This document shows positions 18,401 to 21,345 of a stretch of DNA of 21,345 nucleotides, one piece after another. Source of the DNA: Caecitellus pseudoparvulus. Taxonomy: Eukaryota; Protista; Bigyra: Bicosoecida. Location: contig CBFFRQ010000195.1 in assembly GCA_965644315.1 (NCBI GenBank), forward strand, positions 1 to 21,345, given 5' to 3'. A model generated the notes under the pieces. The model ran no database searches, was not told the DNA's origin, and was given only the letters and a program-made list of their open reading frames with translations. The position numbers and the translations under genes are program-made. Within the stretch, counting starts at the first letter, position 1; each line of letters begins with the position of its first letter.

Positions 18401-21345
18401 GTCCGCGACATCAACGACTACCCTGTCTTGGAAGAGGACCCGGTGCGCTACATTCTGGAGGAGTCTGCTGTAAATACCAAGGTTGGTGCACCAATTGAAG
18501 GTTCTGACGAAGATGACGGCCAGCTCATGCTTTATTCCATAATCGATGGCAACACCGACGGCACCTTTTCGATCGGCGCGTGCTCTGGCCAGTTCAGGGT
18601 GCGGAAGCCGCCGGACTACGAAACGCAGCAAGATTTCAACATCACCATCATGGCATTGGATGATGGCACGCCGCCGTACAATGTGACACGGGTTGTCCGC
18701 ATTCACATCATCAACAAGAACGACCCACCCGAGCTGCAAGTGCAAGACGCTTATGTGTATGAGAATGGCCTCGTCGGGCAGCCGCTCACCCTTTGGCCAT
18801 TGAACGGAACTGACCAGGATCAAGACGACTTGGAGTGGTCCATCATCATTGGAGATCCGAACGACCAGTTTGACGTCATTTCTCAGCCAACAGTGGGCAG
18901 TCGCTCCACGGCTCATTTGACCGTGACGAAGCCCGGCCTGCTTGACTTTGAAGACCCCGCCTTGAATTCCTTCGCCATTCTTGCGATGGTGAATGACACC
19001 GAATTCCAGGCCACGGCATTGGTCAACGTGCATGTGCTGGATGCTAACGACCCACCGCTTGTCCCTGCTGCGCAAGGGTTGAGCATCGTTGAAAACTCGC
19101 CGGCAGGGGCTGTGATTGGAACCCTCTCTGCCTTCGACGAAGACGGCGACACGCTCACGTTTGGTGTTTCAGCGACATACCCTGCTGAGATCTTGTCTTG
19201 GGTCGAAGTGGGTGCAGTGTCTGGACAAGTCACCGTCTCTGCCGCTGGGGGAGGGCAGCTTGACTTCGAAGCAAGTCCCAGCTTCGCCATGCAAGTGTGG
19301 GTACAGGATGATGGCGGGCGAGGCAACGCTTTCCCAGCCGCAACAACACTTGTGAATGTCACAGTGCATGTTCAAAACGTCAACGAAGCACCGGCGTGGA
19401 ATGACTCGAGCGCGGCAGGAACGTTCCTTCTGCCAGAGAACTCCCCTGTCGACTCGGTCGTAGCCTCCATCGGGTACTTTGATGAGGATGTTGCCGCGCT
19501 GCCTCTAGACCAGCAGGGCTTGACCATCACGATCGAAGCGGGAAACCAGAACGGGTTGAGCGGCGGCGGATCAGGAGGTCAGCTTGCCGTGTACTCGGCG
19601 CTGGCGGGTGCTGGAGGAAGTAGCTCAGCTCTTGGCGCTCCGTTCAAGCTTGTGCCTACGCTTGTGGAAGAGGTCGTGCCAGACCCTAACGTCCCCAATG
19701 CCACCATGACGGTCTCCTCCACAGTTGCCGAGCTTCGGGTGGCACATGACGTCATTGATTTTGAGTCCCGCAGCGAGTTCAGCCTGACTCTTCGTGTGGA
19801 GGATGACGACTCGGAGGCACCCCTTCACGATATTGTTGAGGTGTCTGTTAATGTCACAGACCGCAATGACCGCCCGCTGTTCAGATGCAACAGTTCCGCT
19901 TTTACGACATGGGCTACGCCATGGGTCATGCATGGGGGCTGGGGATACGAGCCCAGCGGTGGCTTTGACCTCGGAACGACGCCAGACCGCACCTTTCCCA
20001 TGCCTGGGGCAGAGGCCCCGGTCAGTGTCAGGTTTGGCTCCCCGCTTCCTTCAGACCGGCTGTACGCAGAGCAATGCGAGGCGGAGTGTGCGGGCCTCGC
20101 AGATTGCAGAGGCTTCCTTTACTTTGCATCCACACACAACGGCGGTGGTTCTCCTTTCGCACGCACTTGCTACTTTGACATGCGGAGTGTGTACAGCGTC
20201 CCAGTATACGTCCCCAGCCAGGTAGGCGCAACGTATGGTGGCAGCAAGATGTTCCCTTGCAATCGAGTGCAGCTTAGCGAGCACACGCCGGCAGGCACGC
20301 TGATTGGGCTGCTTCAAGCAACTGACGACGAGGGCGACATGATTTCCCTGGCTCTGCCAGCATCCAACCCGAACGATGGCATTTTGAGGGGTGTCAGCGC
20401 CGTTGGCGTGCAGCCACGGGTTACTTTTGAAGAGACCATCGATGCTTCCTACGTCGAGCCCAACATCACGTTTGATGTCAACACAAACATGACAGTGACA
20501 GGGCCGGGCACATTCGTCGAGTACCTGTATAACGTCACTGTCTCACAATGGACGTTCGAGGTGCTCGATGAACAGGCTTTGAACTTCGAAGGCCAACCAG
20601 TCTCTGAGCCGTGGATTTGGCTGCAAGCCTCGGCCATCGATGAAGCTGGCAGCAACCAGAGTCGGTCGGTGTGGTTTGCTGTGGAGCTCATCGACGAGAA
20701 TGACCAGCCTGTGTGGAGTCCGACTGAATCGTTCTATCGGGCTGTTGCTGAGGCATCTCCCGCCGGGACGGGGATCGGCCTCCCACTCGGGGCGTCAGAT
20801 GAAGATTCCGGGGACTCCATTAGCTTCCACGTGCTGTCTTCTTCGAATCCCCGACTCTCCGTGAGTACCAGTGGCCAAGTATTTGTCGAAAGTACCCTCC
20901 CGACTGTCGCCTCGTCTGAAAACCACACCCTTCACGTGCTGGTCAACGATACCCGTGGCGCAAGCATTGAGGCCACAGTTACTGTCACCATTTCAAACCT
21001 GAACTCAGCGCCCCAGCTGACAAACCCTCTGGCTGTGCGGGCAGTCCCAGAGCTGGCCGCCGTCGGGACTTTGGTGCCTGTGGACTTGATAGGATCTGAC
21101 GTCGACAATGACGACATCGTCTTCCAAGCAGTTGTCATGACGCCAAGCTTAGAGAGAGCACTAGCCCTCCAATCTTTAAGTGCCACCTCTGCAAGGCTTG
21201 AAGTGAACACCTCAACTCTCAATTTCGAGTTCACACCACAACTGGAGGTGGCTGTTTTCCTCACAGACTCACCTGCGAACCCGGCAGATGCTCTGACTGT
21301 GCAGTACACTGTATTCGTTGACATTGATCCTGTGAATGAGTACCC
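9408..21345 (+). CDS. Gene B: giant secreted/surface cadherin-repeat protein, paralog of gene A; 4 exons join(9408-9575, 9654-9698, 9907-9978, 10070->21345); 3'-partial, >3,800 aa
   Basis: AACC-ATG-G start and signal peptide MVSSKSWKTLLLSCAVALICLAGSAFG. Three phase-0 GT-AG introns give FTVE|AWVFL..FGD|SVMMDFG..GES|RPRLRLC. Frame +2 is open from 10070 to the window end. Nine cadherin repeats with linkers DVAEPP, DINDYP, NKNDPP, DANDPP, NVNEAP, DRNDRP, DENDQP, NLNSAP, DPVNEY. Confidence 0.93.
9576..9653 (+). other. Gene B intron 1 (78 nt, phase 0)
   Basis: GTGTGT donor, in-frame TAA inside, C-rich tract ending CCCAG; yields FTVE-AWVFL. Confidence 0.88.
9699..9906 (+). other. Gene B intron 2 (208 nt, phase 0)
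   Basis: Consensus GTAAGT donor; pyrimidine-rich stretch ending CCACAG. Confidence 0.82.
9979..10069 (+). other. Gene B intron 3 (91 nt, phase 0)
   Basis: GTGCGT donor; CTTCACCCGCACTTCGCAG acceptor; places the reading frame in the long open frame. The spliced product ITIGLLGESRPRLRLCI aligns with gene A LALGIDLQRKLEFCI. Confidence 0.75.
10595..10735 (+). other. Gene B Myxococcus-type Cys-rich repeat (DUF4215-like)
   Basis: CGDGVRSGAEGCDDGNAEGGDGCSGVCSVELGWVC. Confidence 0.85.
10925..11467 (+). other. Gene B-specific CBM/galactose-binding-like jelly-roll insert
   Basis: ETYRVSAYL...WQYVHLDIT...GRVFATDLQI, flanked by Cys at both ends; absent from gene A. Confidence 0.55.
11485..12210 (+). 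other. Gene B second LamG-like domain
   Basis: MWMKADAGL...VDLW...GQIGEIVMYRRVLSNAERQNVELYLAHKWG. Confidence 0.78.
13380..13900 (+). other. Gene B third LamG-like domain
   Basis: YSYAFWIKV, LPIGKWAHVAIV, MQVFYDG, YPSTLTLAQIQAL. Confidence 0.78.
14183..14599 (+). other. Gene B C-type lectin-like domain
   Basis: SGHMYQVV..SFQEARLEA..GRLAAISSQAE..VWISG..FLPWA..GYVVEF. Confidence 0.78.
14625..15085 (+). other. Gene B F5/8 type C (discoidin/CBM32)-like domain
   Basis: SGWTF..QELVFDLGVEQLVSRV..GPWT..IARFWRFVV. Confidence 0.65.
15434..15724 (+). other. Gene B small Cys/Trp-rich domain, C-type-lectin/Link-fold-like
   Basis: TWENAREVCIQQKAQLCDKDIVC...DNWIAIG...C...AMCC. Confidence 0.55.
16859..18001 (+). 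repeat. Gene B three tandem protein-level repeats (~125-135 aa) of an unnamed module inside cadherin repeat 1
   Basis: YDSGWL..DGPNKGFI..YGGV..VRLWAP..GWGG; FDSGWF..HG..FVFEAVG..HGAVVFAYD..GWAG; EHGVG..YGGVAYAYN..RMWAP..GWG. Confidence 0.82.
19886..20260 (+). other. Gene B PAN/apple-like domain
   Basis: AEQCEAECAGLADCRGFLYF...TCYF; same position (after cadherin 6) as in gene A. Confidence 0.7.

Larger units (their letters stand above)
16622..21345 (+). repeat. Gene B cadherin repeat array (9 repeats visible)
   Basis: xEN/PE, DxD, LNFE/DYE/LDFE and DxNDxP-type motifs at roughly 100-160 aa spacing, apart from the two large inserts. Confidence 0.92.

Noticed and set aside
18134-19075. 313-aa - strand ORF
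   Set aside because: Antisense shadow of gene B's cadherin repeats
1-21345. Prokaryotic origin, alternative genetic code, CRISPR array, RNA genes or mobile elements
   Set aside because: Canonical GT-AG introns are needed to build both N-termini. The long frames are open under the standard code. I saw no DNA-level spaced repeats, terminal repeats, transposase, tRNA or rRNA signatures.

Overview
GC-rich eukaryotic DNA with GT-AG introns, most likely from a protist. It is almost entirely two giant head-to-head paralogous genes for secreted or cell-surface cadherin-repeat proteins, with only 433 bp between their start codons. The supplied ORF track misses both, apparently because their main exons run off the window without a stop codon. 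Gene A (- strand): ATG 8974, exons 8974-8815, 8744-8673, 8511-<1, >2,900 aa. Gene B (+ strand): ATG 9408, exons 9408-9575, 9654-9698, 9907-9978, 10070->21345, >3,800 aa. My manual translation shows a colinear architecture: signal peptide, LamG-like domain, CGDG..CDDGN Cys-rich repeat, a jelly-roll split by a second LamG, a third LamG, an ILEI/FAM3-like domain split by nested lectin-like domains, cadherin repeat 1 split by three copies of an unnamed ~130-aa 'DSGW..GPNxG..YGG..RLWAP..GWG' module, cadherin repeats 2-6, a PAN/apple-like insert, then further cadherin repeats. B also carries CBM-like, C-type lectin-like and F5/8-like modules. The most unusual feature is repeated domain-within-domain nesting, often bracketed by Cys residues and conserved in both paralogs. 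All domain names come from recognising motifs by eye and need HMM or structure confirmation. The C-termini lie outside the window.
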